Positions 38,201 through 50,200 of a DNA stretch of 64,000 nucleotides are shown here, in pieces. Below the pieces are notes generated by a model. That model had not been told where the DNA came from. It saw only the letters and a list, made by a program, of their open reading frames with translations, and did no database searches. The translations under genes were made by a program, and so were the position numbers. The DNA is from Eledone cirrhosa (lineage: Eukaryota): contig OZ024743.1 in the NCBI GenBank assembly GCA_964016885.1, positions 260,400,001 through 260,464,000 on the forward strand, given 5' to 3'. The stretch's first letter is position 1; every line of letters starts with the position of its first letter.

Positions 38201-41200
38201 TGTGGTCTTGTGTACTGTAGTGTTGTGTACTGTGGTGTTGTGTACTGTAGTGTTGTGTAATGTAGTGTTCTGTACTGTAGTGTTGTGTACTGTAGTGTTG
38301 TCTAGTGTAGTGTTGTGTACTGTAGTGTTGTGTAATGTAGTGTTGTGTACTGTAGTGTTGTCTAGTGTAGTGTTGTGTAATGTAGTATTTTGTACTGTAG
38401 TGTTGTGTAATGTAGTGTTGTGTACTGTAGTGTTGTGTAATGTAGTGTTGTGTACTGTAGTATTGTGTACTGTAGTGTTGTGTAATGTAGTGTTGTGTAT
38501 TGTAGTGTTGTGTACTCTAGAGTTGTGTACTGTAGTGTTGTGTACTGTAGTGTTGTCTAGTGTAGTGTTGTGTACTGTAGTGTTGTGTAATGTAGTGTTG
38601 TGTACTGTAGTGTTGTGTAGTGTAGTGTTGTCTAGTGTAGTGTTGTGTAAGGTAGTGTTGTGTAATGTAGTGTTGTGTACTGTAGTGTTGTGTACTGTAG
38701 TGTTGTCTAGTGTAGTGTTGTGTACTGTAGTGTTGTCTAGTGTAGTGTTGTGTACTGTAGTGTTGTCTAGTGTAGTGTTGTGTACTGTAGTGTTGTGTAC
38801 TGTAGTGTTGTGTACTGTAGTGTTGTGTACTGTAGTGTTGTCTAGTGTAGTGTTGTGTACTGTAGTGGTGTGTACTATAGTGTTGTGTACTGTAGTGTTG
38901 TGTACTGTAGTGTTGTGTACTGTAGTGTTGTTTAGTGTAGTGTTGTGTATTGTAGTGTTGTGTACTGTAGTGTTGTGTACTGTAGTGTTGTGTACTGTAG
39001 TGTTGTGTAATGTAGTGTTGTATACTGTAGTGTTGTCTAGTGTAGTGTTGTGTAATGTAGTGTTGTGTACTGTAGTGTTGTGTACTGTAGTGTTGTGTAC
39101 TGTAGTGTTGTCTAGTGTAGTGTTGTGTAATGTAGCGTTGTGTACTGTAGTGTTGTGTACTGTAGTGTTGTGTACTGTAGTGTTGTGTAATTAGGTGTTG
39201 TGTACTGTAGTGTTGTGTACTGTAGTGTTGTGTACTGTAGTGTTGTGTAATGTAGTGTTGTGTAATGTGGTGTTGTGTACTGTAGTGTTGTCTAATGTAG
39301 TGTTTTGTAATGTAGTGTTGTGTAATGTGGTGTTGTGTACTGTAGTGTTGTGTAATGTAGTGTTGTGTACTGTAGTGTTGTCTAGTGCAGTGTTGTGTAC
39401 TGTAGTGTTGTCTAGTGTAGTGTTGTGTACTGTAGTGTTGTCTAGTGTAGTGTTGTGTACTGTAGTGTTGTGTACTGTAGTGTTGTGTACTGTAGTGTTG
39501 TGTACTGTAGTGTTGTCTAGTGTAGTGTTGTGTACTGTAGTGGTGTGTACTGTAGTGTTGTGTACTGTAGTGTTGTGTACTGTAGTGTTGTGTACTGTAG
39601 TGTTGTCTAGTGTAGTGTTGTGTACTGTAGTGTTGTGTACTGTAGTGTTGTGTACTGTAGTGTTGTGTACTGTAGTGTTGTGTAATGTAGTGTTGTATAC
39701 TGTAGTGTTGTCTAGTGTAGTGTTGTGTAATGTAGTGTTGTGTACTGTAGTGTTGTGTAATGTAGTGTTGTGTACTGTAGTGTTGTGTACTGTAGTGTTG
39801 TGTACTGTAGTGTTGTCTAGTGTAGTGTTGTGTAATGTAGCGTTGTGTACTGTAGTGTTGTGTACTGTAGTGTTGTGTACTGTAGTGTTGTCTAGTGTAG
39901 TGTTGTGTAATGTAGTGTTCTGTACTGTAGTGTTGTGTACTGTAGTGTTGTGTACTGTAGTGTTGTGTACTGTAGTGTTGTGTAATGTAGTGTTGTGTAC
40001 TGTAGTGTTGTGTACTGTAGTGTTGTGTACTGTAGTGTTGTCTAGTGTAGTGTTGTGTAATGTAGTGTTGTGTACTGTAGTGTTGTCTAGTGTAATGTTG
40101 TGTAATGTAGTGTTGTGTACTATAGTGTTGTCTAGTGTAGTGTTGTGTACTGTAGTGTTGTGTAATGTAGTGTTCTGTACTGTAGTGTTGTGTACTGTAG
40201 TGTTGTCTAGTGTAGTGTTGTGTAATGTAGTATTTTGTACTGTAGTGTTGTGTAATGTAGTGTTGTGTACTGTAGTGTTGTGTAATGTAGTGTTGTGTAC
40301 TGTAGTATTGTGTACTGTAGTGTTGTGTAATGTAGTGTTGTGTATTGTAGTGTTGTGTACTGTAGAGTTGTGTACTGTAGTGTTGTGTACTGTAGTGTTG
40401 TCTAGTGTAGTGTTGTGTACTGTAGTGTTGTGTAATGTAGTGTTGTGTACTGTAGTGTTGTGTAGTGTAGTGTTGTCTAGTGTAGTGTTGTGTAAATTAG
40501 TGTTGTGTAATGTAGTGTTGTGTACTGTAGTGTTGTGTACTGTAGTGTTCTCTAGTGTAGTGTTGTGTACTGTAGTGTTGTCTAGTGTAGTGTTGTGTAC
40601 TGTAGTGTTGTCTAGTGTAGTGTTGTGTACTGTAGTGTTGTGTACTGTAGTGTTGTGTACTGTAGTGTTGTGTACTGTAGTGTTGTCTAGTGTAGTGTTG
40701 TGTACTGTAGTGTTGTGTACTGTAGTGTTGTTTAGTGTAGTGTTGTGTACTGTAGTGTTGTGTACTGTAGTGTTGTGTACTGTAGTGTTGTGTACTGTAG
40801 TGTTGTCTAGTGTAGTGTTGTGTAATGTAGCGTTGTGTACTGTAGTGTTGTGTACTCTAGTGTTGTGTACTGTAGTGTTGTGTAATTAGGTGTTGTGTAC
40901 TGTAGTGTTGTGTACTGTAGTGTTGTGTACTGTAGTGTTGTGTACTGTAGTGTTGTGTACTGTAGTGTTGTTTAGTGTAGTGTTGTGTACTGTAGTGTTG
41001 TGTACTGTAGTGTTGTGTACTGTAGTGTTGTGTACTGTAGTGTTGTGTAATGTAGTGTTGTATACTGTAGTGTTGTCTAGTGTAGTGTTGTGTAATGTAG
41101 TGTTGTGTACTGTAGTCTTGTGTAATGTAGTGTTGTGTACTGTAGTGTTGTGTACTGTAGTGTTGTGTACTGTAGTGTTGTCTAGTGTAGTGTTGTGTAA

Positions 41201-44200
41201 TGTAGCGTTGTGTACTGTAGTGTTGTGTACTGTAGTGTTGTGTACTGTAGTGTTGTCTAGTGTAGTGTTGTGTAATGTAGCGTTGTGTACTGTAGTGTTG
41301 TGTACTGTAGTGTTGTGTACTGTAGTGTTGTGTAATTAGGTGTTGTGTACTGTAGTGTTGTGTACTGTAGTGTTGTGTACTGTAGTGTTGTGTAATGTAG
41401 TGTTGTGTAATGTGGTGTTGTGTACTGTAGTGTTGTCTAATGTAGTGTTGTGTAATGTAGTGTTGTGTAATGTGGTGTTGTGTACTGTAGTGTTGTGTAA
41501 TGTAGTGTTGTGTACTGTAGTGTTGTCTAGTGCAGTGTTGTGTAATGTAGTGTTGTGTACTGTAGTGTTGTGTATTGTAGTGTTGTGTAATGTGATGTTG
41601 TGTACTGTAGTGTTGTGTACTGTAGTGTTGTCTAGTGTAGTGTTGTGTAATGTAGCGTTGTGTACTGTAGTGTTGTGTAATGTAGTGTTGTGTATTGTAG
41701 TGTTGTGTACTGTAGTGTTGTGTACTGTAGTGTTGTGTAATGTGGTCTTGTGTACTGTAGTGTTGTGTACTGTGGTGTTGTGTACTGTAGTGTTGTGTAA
41801 TGTAGTGTTCTGTACTGTAGTGTTGTGTACTGTAGTGTTCTGTACTGTAGTGTTGTGTACTGTAGTGTTGTCTAGTGTAGTGTTGTGTAATGTAGTGTTG
41901 TGTAATGTAGTGTTGTGTACTGTAGTGTTGTCTAGTGTAGTGTTGTGTAATGTAGTGTTGTGTACTGTAGTGTTGTGTAATGTAGTGTTGTGTACTGTAG
42001 TATTGTGTACTGTAGTGTTGTGTAATGTAGTGTTGTGTATTGTAGTGTTGTGTACTGTAGAGTTGTGTACTGTAGTGTTGTGTACTGTAGTGTTGTCTAG
42101 TGTAGTGTTGTGTACTGTAGTGTTGTGTAATGTAGTGTTGTGTACTGTAGTGTTGTGTAGTGTAGTGTTGTCTAGTGTAGTGTTGTGTAAGGTAGTGTTG
42201 TGTAATGTAGTGTTGTGTACTGTAGTGTTGTGTACTGTAGTGTTGTCTAGTGTAGTGTTGTGTACTGTAGTGTTGTCTAGTGTAGTGTTGTGTACTGTGG
42301 TGTTGTGTACTGTAGTGTTGTGTAATGTAGTGTTCTGTACTGTAGTGTTGTGTACTGTAGTGTTGTCTAGTGTAGTGTTGTGTACTGTAGTGTTGTCTAG
42401 TGTAGTGTTGTGTAATGTAGTGTTGTGTAATGTAGTGTTGTGTACTGTAGTGTTGTCTAGTGTAGTGTTGTGTAATGTAGTGTTGTGTACTGTAGTGTTG
42501 TGTAATGTAGTGTTGTGTACTGTAGTATTGTGTACTGTAGTGTTGTGTAATGTAGTGTTGTGTATTGTAGTGTTGTGTACTGTAGAGTTGTGTACTGTAG
42601 TGTTGTGTACTGTAGTGTTGTCTAGTGTAGTGTTGTGTACTGTAGTGTTGTGTAATGTAGTGTTGTGTACTGTAGTGTTGTGTAGTGTAGTGTTGTCTAG
42701 TGTAGTGTTGTGTAAGGTAGTGTTGTGTAATGTAGTGTTGTGTACTGTAGTGTTGTGTACTGTAGTGTTGTCTAGTGTAGTGTTGTGTACTGTAGTGTTG
42801 TCTAGTGTAGTGTTGTGTACTGTAGTGTTGTCTAGTGTAGTGTTGTGTACTGTAGTGTTGTCTAGTGTAGTGTTGTGTACTGTAGTGTTGTCTAGTGTAG
42901 TGTTGTGTACTGTAGTGTTGTGTACTGTAGTGTTGTGTACTGTAGTGTTGTGTACTGTAGTGTTGTGTACTGTAGTGTTGTCTAGTGTAGTGTTGTGTAC
43001 TGTAGTGTTGTGTACTGTAGTGTTGTGTACTGTAGTGTTGTGTACTGTAGTGTTGTGTAATGTAGTGTTGTATACTGTAGTGTTGTCTAGTGTAGTGTTG
43101 TGTAATGTAGTGTTGTGTACTGTAGTGTTGTGTAATGTAGTGTTGTGTACTGTAGTGTTGTGTACTGTAGTGTTGTGTACTGTAGTGTTGTCTAGTGTAG
43201 TGTTGTGTAATGTAGCGTTGTGTACTGTAGTGTTGTGTACTGTAGTGTTGTGTACTGTAGTGTTGTCTAGTGTAGTGTTGTGTAATGTAGTGTTCTGTAC
43301 TGTAGTGTTGTGTACTGTAGTGTTGTGTACTGTAGTGTTGTGTACTGTAGTGTTGTGTAATGTAGTGTTGTGTACTGTAGTGTTGTGTACTGTAGTGTTG
43401 TGTACTGTAGTGTTGTCTAGTGTAGTGTTGTGTAATGTAGTGTTGTGTACTGTAGTGTTGTCTAGTGTAATGTTGTGTAATGTAGTGTTGTGTACTGTAG
43501 TGTTGTGTACTGTAGTATTGTGTACTGTAGTGTTGTGTAATGTAGTGTTGTGTACTGTAGTGTTGTCTAGTGTAGTGTTGTGTACTGTAGTGTTGTGTAA
43601 TGTAGTGTTCTGTACTGTAGTGTTGTGTACTGTAGTGTTGTCTAGTGTAGTGTTGTGTAATGTAGTATTTTGTACTGTAGTGTTGTGTAATGTAGTGTTG
43701 TGTACTGTAGTGTTGTGTAATGTAGTGTTGTGTACTGTAGTATTGTGTACTGTAGTGTTGTGTAATGTAGTGTTGTGTATTGTAGTGTTGTGTACTGTAG
43801 AGTTGTGTACTGTAGTGTTGTGTACTGTAGTGTTGTCTAGTGTAGTGTTGTGTACTGTAGTGTTGTGTAATGTAGTGTTGTGTACTGTAGTGTTGTGTAG
43901 TGTAGTGTTGTCTAGTGTAGTGTTGTGTAAAGTAGTGTTGTGTAATGTAGTGTTGTGTACTGTAGTGTTGTGTACTGTAGTGTTGTGTACTGTAGTGTTG
44001 TGTACTGTAGTGTTGTTTAGTGCAGTGTTGTGTACTGTAGTGTTGTGTACTGTAGTGTTGTGTACTGTAGTGTTGTGTACTGTAGTGTTGTGTAATGTAG
44101 TGTTGTATACTGTAGTGTTGTCTAGTGTAGTGTTGTGTAATGTAGTGTTGTGTACTGTAGTGTTGTGTAATGTAGTGTTGTGTACTGTAGTGTTGTGTAC

Positions 44201-47200
44201 TGTAGTGTTGTGTACTGTAGTGTTGTCTAGTGTAGTGTTGTGTAATGTAGCGTTGTGTACTGTAGTGTTGTGTACTGTAGTGTTGTGTACTGTAGTGTTG
44301 TCTAGTGTAGTGTTGTGTAATGTAGCGTTGTGTACTGTAGTGTTGTGTACTGTAGTGTTGTGTACTGTAGTGTTGTGTAATTAGGTGCTGTGTACTGTAG
44401 TGTTGTGTACTGTAGTGTTGTGTACTGTAGTGTTGTGTAATGTAGTGTTGTGTAATGTGGTGTTGTGTACTGTAGTGTTGTCTAATGTAGTGTTGTGTAA
44501 TGTAGTGTTGTGTAATGTGGTGTTGTGTACTGTAGTGTTGTGTAATGTAGTGTTGTGTACTGTAGTGTTGTCTAGTGCAGTGTTGTGTAATGTAGTGTTG
44601 TGTACTGTAGTGTTGTGTATTGTAGTGTTGTGTAATGTGATGTTGTGTACTGTAGTGTTGTGTACTGTAGTGTTGTCTAGTGTAGTGTTGTGTAATGTAG
44701 CGTTGTGTACTGTAGTGTTGTGTAATGTAGTGTTGTGTATTGTAGTGTTGTGTACTGTAGTGTTGTGTACTGTAGTGTTGTGTAATGTGGTCTTGTGTAC
44801 TGTAGTGTTGTGTACTGTGGTGTTGTGTACTGTAGTGTTGTGTAATGTAGTGTTCTGTACTGTAGTGTTGTGTACTGTAGTGTTGTCTAGTGTAGTGTTG
44901 TGTACTGTAGTGTTGTCTAGTGTAGTGTTGTGTAATGTAGTGTTGTGTAATGTAGTGTTGTGTACTGTAGTGTTGTCTAGTGTAGTGTTGTGTAATGTAG
45001 TGTTGTGTACTGTAGTGTTGTGTAATGTAGTGTTGTGTACTGTAGTATTGTGTACTGTAGTGTTGTGTAATGTAGTGTTGTGTATTGTAGTGTTGTGTAC
45101 TGTAGAGTTGTGTACTGTAGTGTTGTGTACTGTAGTGTTGTCTAGTGTAGTATTGTGTACTGTAGTGTTGTGTAATGTAGTGTTGTGTACTGTAGTGTTG
45201 TGTAGTGTAGTGTTGTCTAGTGTAGTGTTGTGTATTGTAGTGTTGTGTACTGTAGTGTTGTGTACTGTAGTGTTGTGTACTGTAGTGTTGTGTAATGTAG
45301 TGTTGTATACTGTAGTGTTGTCTAGTGTAGTGTTGTGTAATGTAGTGTTGTGTACTGTAGTGTTGTGTAATGTAGTGTTGTGTACTGTAGTGTTGTGTAC
45401 TGTAGTGTTGTGTACTGTAGTGTTGTCTAGTGTAGTGTTGTGTAATGTAGCGTTGTGTACTGTAGTGTTGTGTACTGTAGTGTTGTGTACTGTAGTGTTG
45501 TCTAGTGTAGTGTTGTGTAATGTAGCGTTGTGTACTGTAGTGTTGTGTACTGTAGTGTTGTGTACTGTAGTGTTGTGTAATTAGGTGTTGTGTACTGTAG
45601 TGTTGTGTACTGTAGTGTTGTGTACTGTAGTGTTGTGTAATGTAGTGTTGTGTAATGTGGTGTTGTGTACTGTAGTGTTGTCTAATGTAGTGTTGTGTAA
45701 TGTAGTGTTGTGTAATGTGGTGTTGTGTACTGTAGTGTTGTGTAATGTAGTGTTGTGTACTGTAGTGTTGTCTAGTGCAGTGTTGTGTAATGTAGTGTTG
45801 TGTACTGTAGTGTTGTGTACTGTAGTGTTGTGTAATGTGATGTTGTGTACTGTAGTGTTGTGTACTGTAGTGTTGTCTAGTGTAGTGTTGTGTAATGTAG
45901 CGTTGTGTACTGTAGTGTTGTGTAATGTAGTGTTGTGTATTGTAGTGTTGTGTACTGTAGTGTTGTGTACTGTAGTGTTGTGTAATGTGGTCTTGTGTAC
46001 TGTAGTGTTGTGTACTGTGGTGTTGTGTACTGTAGTGTTGTGTAATGTAGTGTTGTGTACTGTAGTGTTGTGTACTGTAGTGTTGTCTAGTGTAGTGTTG
46101 TGTAATGTAGTGTTGTGTACTCTAGTGTTGTGTACTGTAGTGTTGTGTACTGTAGTTTTGTGTACTGTAGTGTTGTGTACTGTAGTGTTGTGTAATGTAG
46201 TGTTGTGTACTGTAGTGTTGTCTAGTGTAGTGTTGTGTACTGTAGTGTTGTGTACTGTAGTGTTGTCTAGTGTAGTGTTGTATACTGTAGTGTTGTGTGC
46301 TGTAGTGTTGTGTACTGTAGTGTTGTGTACTGTTGTGTTGTGTACTGTAGTGTTGTCTAGTGTAGTGTTGTGTAATGTAGTGTTGTGTACTGTAGTTTTG
46401 TGTACTGTAGTGTTGTGTACTGTAGTGTTGTGTAATGTAGTGTTGTGTACTGTAGTGTTATGTAATGTGGTGTTGTGTACTGTAGTGTTGTGTACTGTAG
46501 TGTTGTGTACTGTAGTGTTGTGTACTGTAGTGTAGTGTACTGTAGTGTTGTGTAATGTGGTGTTGTGTACTGTAGTGTTGTGTACTGTAGTGTTGTGTAC
46601 TGTAGTGTTGTCTAGTGTAGTGTTGTGTAACGTAGTGTTGTGTACTGTAGTGTTGTCTAGTGTAGTGTTGTGTAATGTAGTGTTGTGTACTGTAGTGTTG
46701 TGTACTGTAGTGTTGTGTACTGTAGTGTTGGGTACTGTAGTTTTGTGTACTGTAGTGTTGTGTACTGTAGTGTTGTCTAGTGTAGTGTTGTGTACTGTAG
46801 TGTTGTGTACTGTAGTGTTGTGTAATGTAGTGTTGTGTACTGTAGTGTTGTGTACTGTAGTGTTGTCTAGTGTAGTGTTGTGTAATGTAGTGTTGTGTAC
46901 TGTAGTGTTGTGTAATGTAGTGTTGTGTACTGTAGTGTTGTGTACTGTAGTGTTGTGTACTGTAGTGTTGTCTAGTGTAGTGTTGTGTAATGTAGCGTTG
47001 TGTACTGTAGTGTTGTGTACTGTAGTGTTGTGTACTGTAGTGTTGTCTAGTGTAGTGTTGTGTAATGTAGCGTTGTGTACTGTAGTGTTGTGTACTGTAG
47101 TGTTGTGTACTGTAGTGTTGTGTACTGTAGTGTTGTGTAATGTGATGTTGTGTACTGTAGTGTTGTGTACTGTAGTGTTGTCTAGTGTAGTGTTGTGTAA

Positions 47201-50200
47201 TGTAGCGTTGTGTACTGTAGTGTTGTGTAATGTAGTGTTGTGTACTGTAGTGTTGTGTACTGTAGTGTTGTGTACTGTAGTGTTGTGTAATGTGGTGTTG
47301 TGTACTGTAGTGTTGTGTACTGTGGTGTTGTGTACTGTAGTGTTGTGTAATGTAGTGTTGTGTACTGTAGTGTTGTGTACTGTAGTGTTGTCTAGTGTAG
47401 TGTTGTGTAATGTAGAGTTGTGTACTGTAGTGTTGTGTACTGTAGTGTTGTGTACTGTAGTGTTGTGTACTGTAGTGTTGTGTACTGTAGTGTTGTGTAA
47501 TGTAGTGTTGTGTACTGTAGTGTTGTCTAGTGTAGTGTTGTGTACTGTAGTGTTGTGTACTGTAGTGTTGTCTAGTGTAGTGTTGTGTACTATAGTGTTG
47601 TGTACTGTAGTGTTGTGTACTGTAGTCTTGTGTACTGTAGTGTTGTGTACTGTAGTGTTGTGTACTGTAGTGTTGTTTAGTGTAGTGTTGTGTAATGTAG
47701 TGTTGTGTACTGTAGATTTGTGTACTGTAGTGTTGTGTACTGTAGTGTTGTGTACTGTAGTGTTGTGTACTGTAGTGTTATGTAATGTGGTGTTGTGTAA
47801 TGTAGTGTTGTGTACTGTAGTGTTGTGTAATGTAGTGTTGTGTACTGTAGTGTTGTGTAATGTGGTGTTGTGTACTGTAGTGTTGTGTACTGTAGTGTTG
47901 TGTACTGTAGTGTTGTCTAGTGTAGTGTTGTGTAACGTAGTGTTGTGTACTGTAGTGTTGTCTAGTGTAGTGTTGTGTAATGTAGTGTTGTGTACTGTAG
48001 TGTTGTGTACTGTAGTGTTGTGTACTGTAGTGTTGTGTAATGTAGTGTTGTGTACTGTAGTGTTGTGTACTGTAGTGTTGTCCAGTGTAGTGTTGTGTAC
48101 TGTAGTGTTGTGTACTGTAGTGTTCTGTACTGTTGTGTTGTGTACTGTAGTGTTGTCTAGTGTAGTGTTGTGTACTGTAGTGTTGTGTACTGTAGTGTTG
48201 TGTACTGTAGTGTTGTGTACTGTAGTGTTGCGTACTGTAGTGTTGTGTACTGTAGTGTTGTCTAGTGTAGTGTTGTGTAATGTAGTGTTGTGTACTGTAG
48301 TTTTGTGTACTGTAGTGTTGTGTACTGTAGTGTTGTGTACTGTAGTGTTGTGTACTGTAGTGTTATGTAATGTGGTGTTGTGTACTGTAGTGTTGTGTAC
48401 TGTAGTGTTGTGTACTGTAGTGTTGTGTACTGTAGTGTTGTGTACTGTAGTGTTGTGTAATGTGGTGTTGTGTACTGTAGTGTTGTGTACTGTAGTGTTG
48501 TGTACTGTAGTGTTGTCTAGTGTAGTGTTGTGTAATGTAGTGTTGTGTACTGTAGTGTTGTGTACTGTAGTGATGTGTACTGTAGTGTTGTGTACTGTAG
48601 TGTTGTATACTGTAGTGTTGTCTAGTGTAGTGTTGTGTAACGTAGTGTTGTGTACTGTAGTGTTGTGTAATGTAGTGTTGTGTACTGTAGTGTTGTGTAC
48701 TGTAGTGTTGTGTACTGTAGTGTTGTCTAGTGTAGTGTTGTGTAATGTAGCGTTGTGTATTGTAGTGTTGTGTACTGTAGTGTTGTGTACTGTAGTGTTG
48801 TCTAGTGTAGTGTTGTGTAATGTAGCGTTGTGTACTGTAGTGTTGTGTACTGTAGTGTTGTGTACTGTAGTGTTGTGTACTGTAGTGTTGTGTACTGTAG
48901 TGTTGTGTACTGTAGTGTTGTGTAATGTGATGTTGTGTACTGTAGTGTTGTGTACTGTAGTGTTATCTAGTGTAGTGTTGTGTAATGTAGCGTTGTGTAC
49001 TGTAGTGTTGTGTAATGTAGTGTTGTGTACTGTAGTGTTGTGTACTGTAGTGTTGTGTACTGTAGTGTTGTGTAATGTGGTGTTGTGTACTGTAGTGTTG
49101 TGTACTGTGGTGTTGTGTACTGTAGTGTTGTGTAATGTAGTTTTGTGTACTGTAGTGTTGTGTACTGTAGTGTTGTCTAGTGTAGTGTTGTGTAATGTAG
49201 TGTTGTGTACTGTAGTGTTGTCTACTGTAGTGTTGTGTACTGTAGTGTTGTGTACTGTAGTGTTGTGTACTGTAGTGTTGTGTAATGTAGTGTTGTGTAC
49301 TGTAGTGTTGTCTAGTGTAGTGTTGTGTACTGTAGTGTTGTGTACTGTAGTGTTGTCTAGTGTAGTGTTGTGTACTATAGTGTTGTGTACTGTAGTGTTG
49401 TGTACTGTAGTGTTGTGTACTGTAGTGTTGTGTACTGTAGTGTTGTGTACTGTAGTGTTGTCTAGTGTAGTGTTGTGTAATGTAGTGTTGTGTACTGTAG
49501 TTTTGTGTACTGTAGTGTTGTGTACTGTAGTGTTGTGTACTGTAGTGTTGTGTACTGTAGTGTTATGTAATGTGGTGTTGTGTACTGTAGTGTTGTGTAC
49601 TGTAGTGTTGTGTACTGTAGTGTTGTGTACTGTAGTGTTGTGTACTGTAGTGTTGTGTAATGTGGTGTTGTGTACTGTAGTGTTGTGTACTGTAGTGTTG
49701 TGTACTGTAGTGTTGTCTAGTGTAGTGTTGTGTAACGTAGTGTTGTGTACTGTAGTGTTGTCTAGTGTAGTGTTGTGTAATGTAGTGTTGTGTACTGTAG
49801 TGTTGTGTACTGTAGTGTTGTGTACTGTAGTGTTGTGTACTGTAGTGTTGTCTAGTGTAGTGTTGTGTAACGTAGTGTTGTGTACTGTAGTGTTGTCTAG
49901 TGTAGTGTTGTGTAATGTAGTGTTGTGTACTGTAGTGTTGTGTACTGTAGTGTTGTGTACTGTAGTGTTGTGTACTGTAGTGTTGTGTACTGTAGTGTTG
50001 TGTACTGTAGTGTTGTGTACTGTAGTGTTGTCTAGTGTAGTGTTGTGTACTGTAGTGTTGTGTACTGTAGTGTTGTGTAATGTAGTGTTGTGTACTGTAG
50101 TGTTGTGTACTGTAGTGTTGTCTAGTGTAGTGTTGTGTAATGTAGTGTTGTGTACTGTAGTGTTGTGTACTGTAGTGTTGTCTAGTGTAGTGTTGTGTAA